This document shows positions 1 through 10,237 of a stretch of DNA of 52,473 bases, piece by piece. Under the pieces are notes generated by a model. That model was given only the letters and a program-made list of their open reading frames with translations. It searched no databases and had not been told where the DNA came from. Each line of letters starts with the position of its first letter. The first letter of the stretch is position 1. Origin of the DNA: a virus (taxonomy: Duplodnaviria > Caudoviricetes); the IMG/VR virus record IMGVR_UViG_3300045257_000172, positions 1 through 52,473 of that record; one strand, written 5' to 3'. The position numbers and the translations under genes are program-made.

Positions 1-184
1 GGGGCCGCTAGTCCCCGAAACCAACAAATTGTTATCTACGATTTTACCGACTGGATCACCTTTGATAACATTGAGTTTACCAGATTTTACTGGGATATAA
101 CCACTAACAGTTACCCGGTAGCAATAGTTCAAATCGGGACTGGCAGCACTAACGCCCAGAATCAGGGTACAAATTGTGACGGGA
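1..184. repeat. Terminal overlap (left copy) of a circular assembly
   Basis: 1-184 equals 52290-52473 except C57 vs T52346, a synonymous ATC/ATT change. The reading frame runs through the join. Confidence 0.97.
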
Positions 185-3100
185 TAGTATTTACAAACTG
201 CCTGTTTCACAACTGGACCCACGGTTCAGCTGCCTCTGGCGTGTCTAACATGCGGGCATGTATATGTGGGGATACCCACTACAACTCAGGGCGTGGTGGC
301 ATGGATAACTGTCTGGTTGATGGTTGCACGTTTGACGGAACGCTCACTAGTGACAGTGGCGAAGTAATCTACGCTTTCCCCAATATCAGGAACTCTTTTG
401 CAACCAAGATGGTCAACTACGGGCTTATCGGAAATGCACCGGGACACACAATGGAGGTTAGCGGATGCGATTTCGGGAATTACGTCAATCCATTTGATGG
501 AGGCGGCGATCACGGAAACCTGGTTGAGAGCCTGACTACTGGACCGTGCTTGGTTCACCACAACAAGTTGCACGACTTTAACGCTGGGGGAATTACGGTT
601 TTTCTAGCTGGAACTGCTAGCGGAACAACACAGATTTATAATAACCTCGTCTGGAATGTTGTGCCTGTTCCGTTTCAGTTCGATACCCGGACTAGCGGCC
701 CCCCGTGTGTTGCCAACATGTACAACAATACAGTGATTTATGGGGGGAACTTAACTACCACCACTGGCACTGGACCCTTCACTCTCACCGCCAAAAACAA
801 TCACTTGATTGGTTTAACTGGGTTGGGCCCTGCTTCCGGCACGAATAATCTTTTCCAGAGTTCAGCCGCAGCCACCGCCGCTGGTTACACTCTAAGCAAT
901 CTATATCAACCTACCAGCGGTTCTTCCCCCACGGTTGATGCTGGAACAAGTAGTGTAAATCCACCTGTCGCTGATGACATTATGGGGGTAAGCCGCCCAC
1001 AGGGGAACGGGTATGATATTGGGGCCTATGAACGGTTTACTGGGAGCGTATCACCCCCGGTCATTACCAGCTCCCTAAGTGCCTCAGGAACGGTTAACAC
1101 GGCTTTTAGCTACTCTGTCACTGCCAGCAACTCCCCGGTGTCCTACGGGGCTTCTCCGCTGCCCACGGGCCTATCTATAAACACGTCTAGTGGTGTAATA
1201 AGCGGTACACCGACCGGGTCAGGCGCAACCACCGTTGTTATCAGTGCTACTAACGCCGGGGGAACAGGGACAGCTAACCTCTCTTTAACCATTCAGTCCG
1301 GCACAGCAGCGCCTACCATCACCAGCCCGCTGACTGCTAACGGTACAATCAACGTGGCATTCAGTTACACTATTACCGGGAGTAACACTCCAATCAGTTA
1401 CGGAGCTTCGGGGTTGCCAGCAGGGCTATCGGTTAACACTGGTACTGGGGTTATCAGCGGTACGCCTACTACCGCTGCTACAACTAATGCCACGATCAGT
1501 GCTACCAACGGCACCGGTACAGGTTCGGCTACCCTCACCATAACAATCCGGTCAGCCCAACAGACTTTTCAGACTACGGTAACCAACACTGGTGAGACTT
1601 ATTTCATCAACGGTATCCGCACCCACGACCAGAACCCAATGGCTGGCACCCTCCCAAACATTCGAACGGTACAGGCCACATTTGATGACTCTGGGGGTAC
1701 GGTAAGTAACTGGAGTTATCCAGGTGGTGTAGCTTATTCCCCTACTCGTCAAACTAATGAGTTTGTAGCCGCGCTCCCGGCATGGAAAGCGAAGGGGGTG
1801 CTGGCTTGCACTCTCAACTTCCAGGGTGGGCAACCCAAGCCCTCCGTGATACCAAATAACAGCGGGTTTAACGCTGATGGTTCTATGAAAGGCCCATACC
1901 AAACCCGGATGGATCAGGCTATCCGGGGGCTGGACGCCAACGGGATGGTAGCAATCGTTGGGTACTTTTACTTTGGTCAGACTAGTGTGTTCGGAGGGAA
2001 CGAGACAGCGATTAAAGCTGCGGTGACCAATGCCACGAACTGGATCGTAACCCAGGGGTACACCAACGTAATCATCGAGATCGCCAACGAGATTGATACC
2101 GCAAGTTATCCGGCAATTATTCAACCGGGAAGGATCAACGAGCTTGTCTCAATCATTAGAGGGATTAAACCCGGTCTTAAGGTAAGTTGCAGTTTCGTGG
2201 GTGGCACTGTGCCAAGCCCGGCCATGGCAGTCCTGTTCGATTATATCTTGGTTCACGGGAACAACCAGACATCCAACTGGGTCACTAACACGATCAACAC
2301 TGTCCGTGGGTACAATTTAAGTAAACCCATCGTGGTAAATGAGGATTCGGCTACGATAGCTAACTTTGATGCTGCGGTAGCAGGCCATGCAAGCTGGGGG
2401 TTCCACCCGCCCTATGCTAACGATTACGTCACGGGTTTCCAAGGCCCACCGACTAACTGGAGTAACATTACTGAAACGGTTAAATCCTCGTTCTTTACCG
2501 AGGTAGCCAATTTCCAGTCACAGATCACGCCTCCTCCACCACCCCCGAATAATCCAGTTATACAGGTAGCACCTACCAGTCTGGACTTCGGGTTTGTACC
2601 AGTTGGTTCAACCCCGACCGATAAAACCTTTACCGTATCAAACACTGGGACTGGAACTTTAACTGGATCAGCCAGCGTCACTTCCCCGGTATTCTCGGTT
2701 GTTGGTACGGCTACTTACAGCCTTACCTCTGGGCAAACAGCTCAAATCACAATCCGGTACCGGCCAACCGTTAAAGCGAGTGACTCAACCAATGCCATAT
2801 TTACCGGAGCAGGAGGCTTGGTCAGGCAGGTGCTAGGGAAAGCCTACCCACTTCTTCCTGCCCTCCAGTTTAATCCTGACGATGGATTGGTGCTGTCCCC
2901 CTTCGTAATCAACTCCTCTACCCACACCGTTTCGCAGTCCCTAGAAATAGACGTACCCGGGAACGCTGGGCAGGTCAGGGCTGGGTTTACTGCTCCGACT
3001 ACAGGTGCATACACCATATCGGCGCTGGTCAATGCTCCCAATGATGCCAGTAATTCACTCTACATCGGGATAGATACCATCCCTACTGAACCAGCAAATG

Positions 3101-4488
3101 TCTGGGACATCGTAGCGTTTACTACCGGGTACAACCCCCGTGTTGCCTGCTGGCGTGGAACGGGCACCTTCGATAACCCGCAGTTTAACCCCAACACCTG
3201 GAACCTGAATGCGGGTCAAACGTATCAACTCATAATCTGCGGGCGTGAGGCGAACGTTGGGCTAGGGCAGATCACGATTAACCCTCCTGCAACTGCCCCC
3301 ACGATCCCTCCTCCACCCGCAGCTCCTACCACTCCTGTACCAGCCAATAACGCTACCGGGATTGGAGTTAACAGCGCTATTGCCTGGAGCGAGACCGACA
3401 CGGTGAGTGGGTACAATATTTTCCTGGGAACCGTTAATCCACCGCCCCAGGTGGCAAGTGGAGGACAGAACAAGTTCTATAACCCACCGTCCCAACTCCA
3501 GTATAACGCTCAGTACTTTGCCAAGGTTAATGCGTTCCTGAATTGGAGTAGCCAGGGGCAGAGCGGAACCGTTACGAGCCCTGATTTAGCCTGGAGCTTT
3601 ACCACTGCCCAGTTCATTCCCCCGCCCCCGCCGGCCCTGATAATCGGTTCCCTTACCGCTGTTCCAGATCACGGGAACGCACCTTTAACCACCCAGTTTA
3701 CGGTTGTCTTTAACGGTGGCACAGCACCTTATACCTACGATTGGGATTTTGGGGATGGGTCAACCCATGGCACCACGATCAATCCTAGCCACGTTTACAC
3801 TACGGCAGGCACTTTTACTGCCATGGTTACAATAAACGATTCTGGGGGCCAATCTGCTCACGCAACGGTCAGTGTGAGCACAACCGTAACTCCGCCACCC
3901 CCGACTCTCACTGTTTCAATTAACGCTAATCCAACCTCTGGGCGGGTGGGTGACACGGTTATATTCACTTCCACGGTCACCGGGGGAGCTGCCGGGACTA
4001 AGACTTACGCCTGGGATTTTGGGGATAGCGGTACTTCCACAGCCTCCAACCCGGCACACACTTATAATTCGGTTGGTAACTTCACTGCTAAACTCACTGT
4101 CACCGATAGTGGGAGTAACTCTGCTTCTGCTACCCAGATAATCACAATAGCTGTGTTCCCGCCGCAGGTGGCATGGTCAAGTCCAACTGATAACTCAACT
4201 TCGACCGCTCCGGCAACGTTCTCGCTAGGGGCAGTAGCTATAGCGAACGGCGGGGCTACTATCACCGGGGTATCGTTTTACCGGGGCGGTTCAACTCTTA
4301 TCCATGCAGCGACACTGGTGGCAGGAGTGTGGACGTATTCTTGGACTGGGGTAACGGCTGGGGATTACACTTTAACCGCAAAAGCCACCGATAGTTCGGC
4401 AGCAACCTCAACCTCGACCCCGATTATGGTCCATGTGCTAACCGCTGGCACCGTGCAGGTTCCACAGCTAATTTACGTTACCCCATGA
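1..4488 (+). CDS. 3' part of a giant (~1,599 aa) multidomain tail/adhesin protein: beta-helix, two He_PIG-like Ig repeats, GH5/clan-A-like TIM barrel, Ig/FN3-like modules, two PKD domains, C-terminal Ig
   Basis: Frame 1 is open from base 1, so the true start is at 51978 across the join. Motifs: G..YDIGAYE; two 'PVITS.L.A.GT.N.AFSY...LP.GLS.NT..GVISGTPT' repeats; IIEIANE and PIVVNED (clan-A acid/base and nucleophile pattern); two 'Y.WDFGD....T..NP.H.Y...G.FTA' PKD motifs. Confidence 0.85.
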   Translation, partial: GAASPRNQQIVIYDFTDWITFDNIEFTRFYWDITTNSYPVAIVQIGTGSTNAQNQGTNCDGIVFTNCLFHNWTHGSAASGVSNMRACICGDTHYNSGRGGMDNCLVDGCTFDGTLTSDSGEVIYAFPNIRNSFATKMVNYGLIGNAPGHTMEVSGCDFGNYVNPFDGGGDHGNLVESLTTGPCLVHHNKLHDFNAGGITVFLAGTASGTTQIYNNLVWNVVPVPFQFDTRTSGPPCVANMYNNTVIYGGNLTTTTGTGPFTLTAKNNHLIGLTGLGPASGTNNLFQSSAAATAAGYTLSNLYQPTSGSSPTVDAGTSSVNPPVADDIMGVSRPQGNGYDIGAYERFTGSVSPPVITSSLSASGTVNTAFSYSVTASNSPVSYGASPLPTGLSINTSSGVISGTPTGSGATTVVISATNAGGTGTANLSLTIQSGTAAPTITSPLTANGTINVAFSYTITGSNTPISYGASGLPAGLSVNTGTGVISGTPTTAATTNATISATNGTGTGSATLTITIRSAQQTFQTTVTNTGETYFINGIRTHDQNPMAGTLPNIRTVQATFDDSGGTVSNWSYPGGVAYSPTRQTNEFVAALPAWKAKGVLACTLNFQGGQPKPSVIPNNSGFNADGSMKGPYQTRMDQAIRGLDANGMVAIVGYFYFGQTSVFGGNETAIKAAVTNATNWIVTQGYTNVIIEIANEIDTASYPAIIQPGRINELVSIIRGIKPGLKVSCSFVGGTVPSPAMAVLFDYILVHGNNQTSNWVTNTINTVRGYNLSKPIVVNEDSATIANFDAAVAGHASWGFHPPYANDYVTGFQGPPTNWSNITETVKSSFFTEVANFQSQITPPPPPPNNPVIQVAPTSLDFGFVPVGSTPTDKTFTVSNTGTGTLTGSASVTSPVFSVVGTATYSLTSGQTAQITIRYRPTVKASDSTNAIFTGAGGLVRQVLGKAYPLLPALQFNPDDGLVLSPFVINSSTHTVSQSLEIDVPGNAGQVRAGFTAPTTGAYTISALVNAPNDASNSLYIGIDTIPTEPANVWDIVAFTTGYNPRVACWRGTGTFDNPQFNPNTWNLNAGQTYQLIICGREANVGLGQITINPPATAPTIPPPPAAPTTPVPANNATGIGVNSAIAWSETDTVSGYNIFLGTVNPPPQVASGGQNKFYNPPSQLQYNAQYFAKVNAFLNWSSQGQSGTVTSPDLAWSFTTAQFIPPPPPALIIGSLTAVPDHGNAPLTTQFTVVFNGGTAPYTYDWDFGDGSTHGTTINPSHVYTTAGTFTAMVTINDSGGQSAHATVSVSTTVTPPPPTLTVSINANPTSGRVGDTVIFTSTVTGGAAGTKTYAWDFGDSGTSTASNPAHTYNSVGNFTAKLTVTDSGSNSASATQIITIAVFPPQVAWSSPTDNSTSTAPATFSLGAVAIANGGATITGVSFYRGGSTLIHAATLVAGVWTYSWTGVTAGDYTLTAKATDSSAATSTSTPIMVHVLTAGTVQVPQLIYVTP

Positions 4489-5492
4489 GTGCTCAATCAG
4501 GTAGAGATGGTTTACTAGACGCGGAATTACAGTCGAATCTCGACGGGAAGGGCCACAAGATCCTCAACACCGATCTGAGTGATGCCACCAACACCTTTCC
4601 TCCAGCCACTCTTCCACTGATACCGCATACCACTGCGGCACTAGCCGGGGATGGAGCGGGGCAAGTGGTGGACACCAAGGTAACGCTCACCGCTCCGGCC
4701 ACTGGATCAACCCTGACCGTAGCTGATGGTAAAACCTTCACTGTCTCCAACACCTTAACCCTTGCCGGAACCGATACTTCCACGCTCAACGTTGGCACAG
4801 GCGGGACTTTAGGGACTGCTGCCTACACTCCTACCGGGAACTACGCAACCGCAGCGCAGGGGACCAAGGCGGACGCAGCAGGGGCCATTACGGGCCTGGT
4901 TAAATCCAATGGAAGCGCCACCTTTGCTGCTGCGGTAGCCAAGACTGACTACTGGGATGGTAGCGTGTTCTTGGCTGGGGGTAGTCATGCCAAGGGACTG
5001 GTTCCTGATCCGGGTGCAGGAGGAGGTACGACTAAGTACCTACGTGAAGATGGCATCTTCCAGGTTCCGCCAGCTTCCAGTGGAGTCACGATTGCGGTTA
5101 CAACCAATGTTATTAAGGGGGATGGTGCCGGGGGTGGAGTTGCTGCTACTCCCGGTACCGATTACTTGGTTCCCAGCACGGCGTTAACCCGGCTCACAGC
5201 GGCTACAGTTGTCCTCTCCGGTGCCACCCCGGCAATTAACTGGGCATCTTCCACCGGGTTTAGTTGGACGCTTTCAGCCAATTCTACTCCTACTTTCAGT
5301 AATTCAACTGATAACTGGGATATTACGATTGCTGTTACTAACGGTGCTTCGTGGACCCTGACTTGGCCAACCGTACAATGGCAGGGGGCAGCAGGACAAC
5401 CTACCCAGAGCGTGAGTGGGAAAACAGATTTCTGGGGGTTTAAGAAAGTCGGATCAATCATTTACGGAGCCGTGAAACAGAACATGGGATGA
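4485..5492 (+). CDS. Tail fibre-like structural protein
   Basis: Gly/Ala/Thr-rich, with 'KGLVPDPGAG..TKYLREDG' and 'TLTVADGKT.TVSNTLTLAGTD' fibre-type motifs. ATGA-coupled to the upstream gene. Confidence 0.65.
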   Translation: MSAQSGRDGLLDAELQSNLDGKGHKILNTDLSDATNTFPPATLPLIPHTTAALAGDGAGQVVDTKVTLTAPATGSTLTVADGKTFTVSNTLTLAGTDTSTLNVGTGGTLGTAAYTPTGNYATAAQGTKADAAGAITGLVKSNGSATFAAAVAKTDYWDGSVFLAGGSHAKGLVPDPGAGGGTTKYLREDGIFQVPPASSGVTIAVTTNVIKGDGAGGGVAATPGTDYLVPSTALTRLTAATVVLSGATPAINWASSTGFSWTLSANSTPTFSNSTDNWDITIAVTNGASWTLTWPTVQWQGAAGQPTQSVSGKTDFWGFKKVGSIIYGAVKQNMG

Positions 5493-5839
5493 ACCTGGCC
5501 TTTTTTGATTCTGCTATCTCTGGTGATACTGGCACTAAATGTGCCGATGTTGTGATTTCTCCCACTGATGGGGATATACCGCTGAACGTGTCACTGTCCA
5601 CACCCCAGACCGGGGGTCACATCTTTTACGTAGTTGGTAACGCCAGTCAGATGCCGCAACACGTTGGCGACAACGCCACTTCACCTACCGTTCGGATCGG
5701 GAGTAATAACGGCAGTGTGTTTATCGGGTCTGCCGGACCAGCGGGTAAGTACATCGCCGCAGTCTGTTATCAGTCCGGGTTTCTAGATTCCAATATCACC
5801 CACGGAGGACCGTACACACCGCCACCGGGGCCGCTATGA
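5489..5839 (+). CDS. Small FN3-associated/CHB_HEX_C-like beta-sandwich virion protein
   Basis: 'V.ISP..G....V.LS....G..IFY...I.AV.Y..G..DS' pattern, in a coupled operon position. Confidence 0.5.
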   Translation: MNLAFFDSAISGDTGTKCADVVISPTDGDIPLNVSLSTPQTGGHIFYVVGNASQMPQHVGDNATSPTVRIGSNNGSVFIGSAGPAGKYIAAVCYQSGFLDSNITHGGPYTPPPGPL

Positions 5840-7602
5840 TCGCCACCACTCAACAACAGGACGGGTTCGACGGTCAGAGCATCTGGAGCGGCGGTATGGA
5901 TGGAGGCCGCAGGGGTGATTTACTCAACCAGGATCAGTACCAGGAAGGGGAGAACGTGGTGTGCCGGGGTGGAACAATCGGTACCCGACCCGTATGGCGG
6001 GCCCGAACCCTTAACTACCTAAATTCATTGGTCTACAACCAGAACGGCACCCGTAACACCAGTGGAGTAGATTCTGTACCGCCCCAGAGTGAAATAGCAT
6101 TTGAGAGTGGGTTGTTCCAAGGAGCACTCTACTACGATCCGCCTAATGACGTGGCTTCGATTGTGGCCATGATCGGGGGTAGAATGTTCAGGCTTGTGCC
6201 ACGCCGGGGCACTATGGATATGACTGAGATACCCATGGATAAACAGAACCGGGCGAACATCCCGATTTCTTATCTGGTCCAGGCGGACAAGTTCCTGTTG
6301 GTTCAGGATGGGGAATCTTCCTGCATAATCTATGATGGGGTAAACGCTCGGAGGGCAGGAAAGAACGAAATCCCGGTTGGAACAATAATGGCCTATGGGC
6401 AGGGGAGGGTAGTTCTAATCGGTAACAACCGGAAGGATATCCTATTCGGTGACCTATACGGCTCTCATCCCGGTGAACCCGGAGATTCAGTTATCCAATT
6501 TACTGAGACTACCTTCCTTTCCGAGGGCGGAGCAGCTTCTATCCCCTTTTCCATGGGTCACATCCGTGGAGCGATATTTTACCCCATCCAGGACACTACC
6601 ATGGGGCAAGGGGAACTTCTCGTAGCGGCAGAGAAAGGGTGGGCATCGTTCTTTCTTTCACTTCCCCGTGACCAATGGAAAACCAGCGCCTTCCAGAGAC
6701 AGGCGCTCCTTGAGATTGGCGGGGAAAGTCATCGGGCACTGACCGCAATCAACAATGACGTGTGGTTTAGGAGCAGGGACGGGTGGAGGATTTATCGTCA
6801 GGCACGGGCAGAAGCCAAAGGTTGGTTTCAGTTACCCCTGTCCACAGAGGTAGGCAAATTCACCGATAACGACACTCAATCCCTACTCCAGTACGCTTCC
6901 TCGATTCGATTCAACAACCGGTTAATCGTAACCAGTACCCCGATTCCCAATCAGGGCAGACCGTATCACAATGGGTTACTCTCCCTAGACTTCGATGTGC
7001 TGTCTTCCTTCGGACAAGCTAAGATGCCAAGCTGGGATGGGCACTGGTCGGGTATCAAGGTTACACAGTTGGTGGAAGGGAATTTCGGGGGTATTCACCG
7101 GGCGTTTGCTTTCGGGTTGGAAGGTGGGGCTAACGTGGTTTACGAACTGGTGGAGAACCAGGTGGAAGATTCGGTGGGGCCAGTGGCAAGCTATGTCATT
7201 CCTCACAGGTTCAACTTCCAGCAACCCTTTAACGAGAGTGAAGCGTGCGATTTGGACCTGTGGATTGAGGGAGCCAAACGCAACAGCGCTATCCACGTGT
7301 TTTTTAAGCCGGATGGGTACCCACGGTGGTTACAATGGAATAGTGCGGTCAATATCCATGACGTGAACCCTATCCAGAACGTGGATGCTATTTCGGGGAT
7401 ACCTACGGTGGCAGATGGGTTTAAGCCGAGGTTGGGGATAAGCACCCCGCTTGTGGCTGCGGACACACTGTCTACCAACCGGGACTTAAAACGTAGCTAT
7501 GAGGTGGACATTAAGGTAATGTGGACCGGCAACATGAAATTACACCAGATGCGGGTTAGGGACCGGACCCAGATTGAAAAGAGCACCAGTAATAGACAAT
7601 GA
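5836..7602 (+). CDS. Tail tubular protein B / nozzle-like (podovirus stabilisation protein)
   Basis: 588 aa, beta-rich, N-terminal 'WSGGMDG.....LL..DQY....NV..RGG.I.TRP' typical of the nozzle family. Located among tail genes. Confidence 0.65.
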   Translation: MIATTQQQDGFDGQSIWSGGMDGGRRGDLLNQDQYQEGENVVCRGGTIGTRPVWRARTLNYLNSLVYNQNGTRNTSGVDSVPPQSEIAFESGLFQGALYYDPPNDVASIVAMIGGRMFRLVPRRGTMDMTEIPMDKQNRANIPISYLVQADKFLLVQDGESSCIIYDGVNARRAGKNEIPVGTIMAYGQGRVVLIGNNRKDILFGDLYGSHPGEPGDSVIQFTETTFLSEGGAASIPFSMGHIRGAIFYPIQDTTMGQGELLVAAEKGWASFFLSLPRDQWKTSAFQRQALLEIGGESHRALTAINNDVWFRSRDGWRIYRQARAEAKGWFQLPLSTEVGKFTDNDTQSLLQYASSIRFNNRLIVTSTPIPNQGRPYHNGLLSLDFDVLSSFGQAKMPSWDGHWSGIKVTQLVEGNFGGIHRAFAFGLEGGANVVYELVENQVEDSVGPVASYVIPHRFNFQQPFNESEACDLDLWIEGAKRNSAIHVFFKPDGYPRWLQWNSAVNIHDVNPIQNVDAISGIPTVADGFKPRLGISTPLVAADTLSTNRDLKRSYEVDIKVMWTGNMKLHQMRVRDRTQIEKSTSNRQ

Positions 7603-8420
7603 GTGCCCCAATAATTGATACTGTCTTAACCAACGTCGATCCTAATCAGGCTAACCCGCAGGATTTACAGGGGCTGGTGGATATTCTTAACCCGCTGTTG
7701 GTTAGCACCATTGAAGGGACATTTGTCCCGTACGTCTTAAGTAGTTCAACTCCAGCAGTTTCGGACCAGGACAAAAGTTGGCTTCGGATAGACGGGGCTG
7801 GTAGGCCCCTGGGCGTCTATCTGTTCTACAACGGCAACTGGAGACGGTTCTACAACGGTAATCCTACCGAGCTAAGGATGTTCAGCGGTGACCCAGCTCT
7901 TTACTTCGATGGTACGGGATTAGGGTTAATCGTCCCCACCAACGGTGATCTCAACACCTGGGACGGTTGGGCAATTTGCAACGGGCAGAACGGCACTTAC
8001 AACTGGAGCAACCTCTTCCCTGTAGTGGGGCAGGTGGACAACGTAACCGTGACTGGCTACTCCGCTACCGCCAAGGATCATTTGAACTCGGATGCCGTGA
8101 TTGCGGCTTGGCAAACCAATGTGACCGGTACGGCCTATGCCACCGGTGGTGCCGCTAATTACTCTATCCAGAATACTGACCTCCCTAGTATGAAAGTGTT
8201 CCTGCACGGGCTAGCAGATTTTAACACCAACAACACCCCCGCGGGAGAGTTCTTACCTCTTGTAACAAGGAAAGGGGATGGTGGGAATAAAACCACCGAC
8301 AGCCCCCAGGCTAGTTTTGGTGCTGATCCTACCGGTACACCGGCTATTCCCCAGACTCTTGTTCCTACAGCCCCGAATTTCAAGGCAGTGTGTTTAACCC
8401 AGTGGGTAGGTTATGCCTGA
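7599..8420 (+). CDS. Tail-collar-like protein
   Basis: 'GWAICNGQNGT.N....F.V' and 'TGG.....I...DLP' resemble the phage tail collar domain. Confidence 0.55.
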   Translation: MSAPIIDTVLTNVDPNQANPQDLQGLVDILNPLLVSTIEGTFVPYVLSSSTPAVSDQDKSWLRIDGAGRPLGVYLFYNGNWRRFYNGNPTELRMFSGDPALYFDGTGLGLIVPTNGDLNTWDGWAICNGQNGTYNWSNLFPVVGQVDNVTVTGYSATAKDHLNSDAVIAAWQTNVTGTAYATGGAANYSIQNTDLPSMKVFLHGLADFNTNNTPAGEFLPLVTRKGDGGNKTTDSPQASFGADPTGTPAIPQTLVPTAPNFKAVCLTQWVGYA

Positions 8421-8655
8421 TACCGATTTAAGCCCTATTTCGTCGCAACTGGCCCGAATAGCTTCAGCTTTAGGTCCAAGTGGGGCAGTAACGATAGCTA
8501 ATCTCCCAGCCACCCCGACTACCGGACAAAGAGGTACGGTAACGGATGGTGATTCCGGGCTTGCTTGGGGTGCTAATGTGGTAAACAGCGGGTCGGGAGC
8601 AACAACTTACGGAGTGTTTTGGAACGGCGCGCAGTGGTCTGTAGAGGCAAAATGA
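8413..8655 (+). CDS. Small structural protein (fibre-tip-like motif)
   Basis: 'T.ANLPA....GQR..VTD......G..V...G......VFWNG.QW' motif; overlaps both neighbours. Confidence 0.55.
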   Translation: MPDTDLSPISSQLARIASALGPSGAVTIANLPATPTTGQRGTVTDGDSGLAWGANVVNSGSGATTYGVFWNGAQWSVEAK

Positions 8656-8861
8656 GAAACTCCAACTACGTCTACTGCGAGAACAACAGGTGCATGAAGA
8701 AGTTCCTATTAACGTCCCCGGGTGACCTGATGGAGATGCGGGTGATAGACCTGCACGGCAACGAGGTAGCCCCACGCCGGGACGGATTTATCTGCCCCAC
8801 CTGTCAGAAACTATATGCTGAAGTGTCCCACGAAGAGGAGGAAGGAAGCGAATGGCTGTAG
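8652..8861 (+). CDS. Zinc-ribbon protein
   Basis: ATGA-coupled start at 8652; CxxxxC ... CxxC. Confidence 0.55.
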   Translation: MRNSNYVYCENNRCMKKFLLTSPGDLMEMRVIDLHGNEVAPRRDGFICPTCQKLYAEVSHEEEEGSEWL

Positions 8862-10222
8862 GCGGACTTACATTTTTAGCGGCTAAACCTATCCTCTGCA
8901 CGGTGGTAGAGAACGGTGTGGACCAGAATGACCCCAGGGTGATGGGTAGAACCAACGAAGCTATCCACGCCATCCTCGACGAAATCCTGACCGTGAATGG
9001 GTGCATGACGGTGGACATCCAGGCTGAAGGCCCCAATGGGGATGAACTTTTTCTCCCGAAGGAACTGGAAAACGCCATCGAAGCCGAAGTAATCGGGGCA
9101 ACTGTGAACGGGAGCAGTGATGTAACGAGGGGGTTCTATGACATCGTGACCCAGTTCAGTTACGCCGATCCCTCAGCCGCAGGTGATAACCCGCTGGTAG
9201 ACCTATTTCTTCAACCTGACCCCAATGATGCTTCAATCCTGCGGAGGAAGTACAGGTATCCTGGGTTAAGCCCCAATGCCACGGTAAGGGTGACCGGAGC
9301 CAAACGCTACGTCCCTATCACCCAGGATGGAGATTATTTGATTGTTCAAAACCTCCTGGCCATAAAAGACATGATTCAGTCTATCTGGCGGAAGGAGAAC
9401 AACGACCCGCAGGGGAGTGAGATCCTGCACAAAGCCTGCATGGAACGGTTACAGGCTGAGGTGAAGAAACATCAGCTTGATCCTCGAAACGCCATGCGCC
9501 GGAAGGCTGAGTACTACAAGGACCTTGAAACCTTCCCCGAGCATACCTTTGGCTGGATGCGAGCTAATCTTGCCCTGGAAGTACCATCCCTGATGAACCG
9601 AGGGAAACTGGATATATCCTTTGTCCTTAACATGGCCGAGAAACGGCTGATGCAACGGGGGCTGTGGAAAGATTGTATCCAAGAGTACACCATGCAGGTG
9701 GTGGGCGGGGAAGTGGCTTTCCCGAAGGAAGTTCAATCGGTTCTGGCGGTAGACATGAACGGGTGCCCGATACCGATTAGGAGCGTGTTTTTTGAGTACC
9801 TGGAGAACGGCCCCGGGATGTCAACTCTTGACCTGACCCAGATCCCTTCCCCGTGGATACGAGGGGCTGGGCACGCGATGTTGGTAGACCAGGGGGACGA
9901 AGATTTCCAGGGAGGCAGACGAAGGGTGTACAAGCTAGTTGCACCCACGGCCCAGAATCAGACGATAACTGCGGCATGCAAACTCAGGTGGGTAGAACGT
10001 AAACCCACGGACCAACTTGCAATCAAGAACTTCGAAGCCCTCAGAAACATGATTCAATGTATCATGAACGAGGAGAACGAGAAATACCAGGAAGCACAGG
10101 CTGCTGAGGCTGCTGCGTTCAGAGTGCTGGAACAAGAACAACAGGAGTACCTGGATGGGATACGCCATGTGGTGCATATCCAGACAGCGGGCTTTGGACT
10201 AGGGAACGTGGGTACAATTTGA
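8852..10222 (+). CDS. Head-tail adaptor / tail tubular protein A-like, made of two tandem homologous domains
   Basis: The two halves share N.A...L, (L/F)PKE, LVD, RR.Y, L.(V/I).N..A...MIQ....EN and LQ/LE.E motifs. Located just before the ejection genes. Confidence 0.6.
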   Translation: MAVGGLTFLAAKPILCTVVENGVDQNDPRVMGRTNEAIHAILDEILTVNGCMTVDIQAEGPNGDELFLPKELENAIEAEVIGATVNGSSDVTRGFYDIVTQFSYADPSAAGDNPLVDLFLQPDPNDASILRRKYRYPGLSPNATVRVTGAKRYVPITQDGDYLIVQNLLAIKDMIQSIWRKENNDPQGSEILHKACMERLQAEVKKHQLDPRNAMRRKAEYYKDLETFPEHTFGWMRANLALEVPSLMNRGKLDISFVLNMAEKRLMQRGLWKDCIQEYTMQVVGGEVAFPKEVQSVLAVDMNGCPIPIRSVFFEYLENGPGMSTLDLTQIPSPWIRGAGHAMLVDQGDEDFQGGRRRVYKLVAPTAQNQTITAACKLRWVERKPTDQLAIKNFEALRNMIQCIMNEENEKYQEAQAAEAAAFRVLEQEQQEYLDGIRHVVHIQTAGFGLGNVGTI

Positions 10223-10237
10223 ATGAGGTGATTTGAT

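Noticed and set aside
286-5461. Many antisense ORFs over the tail genes (also 48626-49090 and 50303-51522)
   Set aside because: They are shadow frames of Gly/Thr/Ala-rich genes with no SD or recognisable motifs, unlike the nested ORF at 12960.
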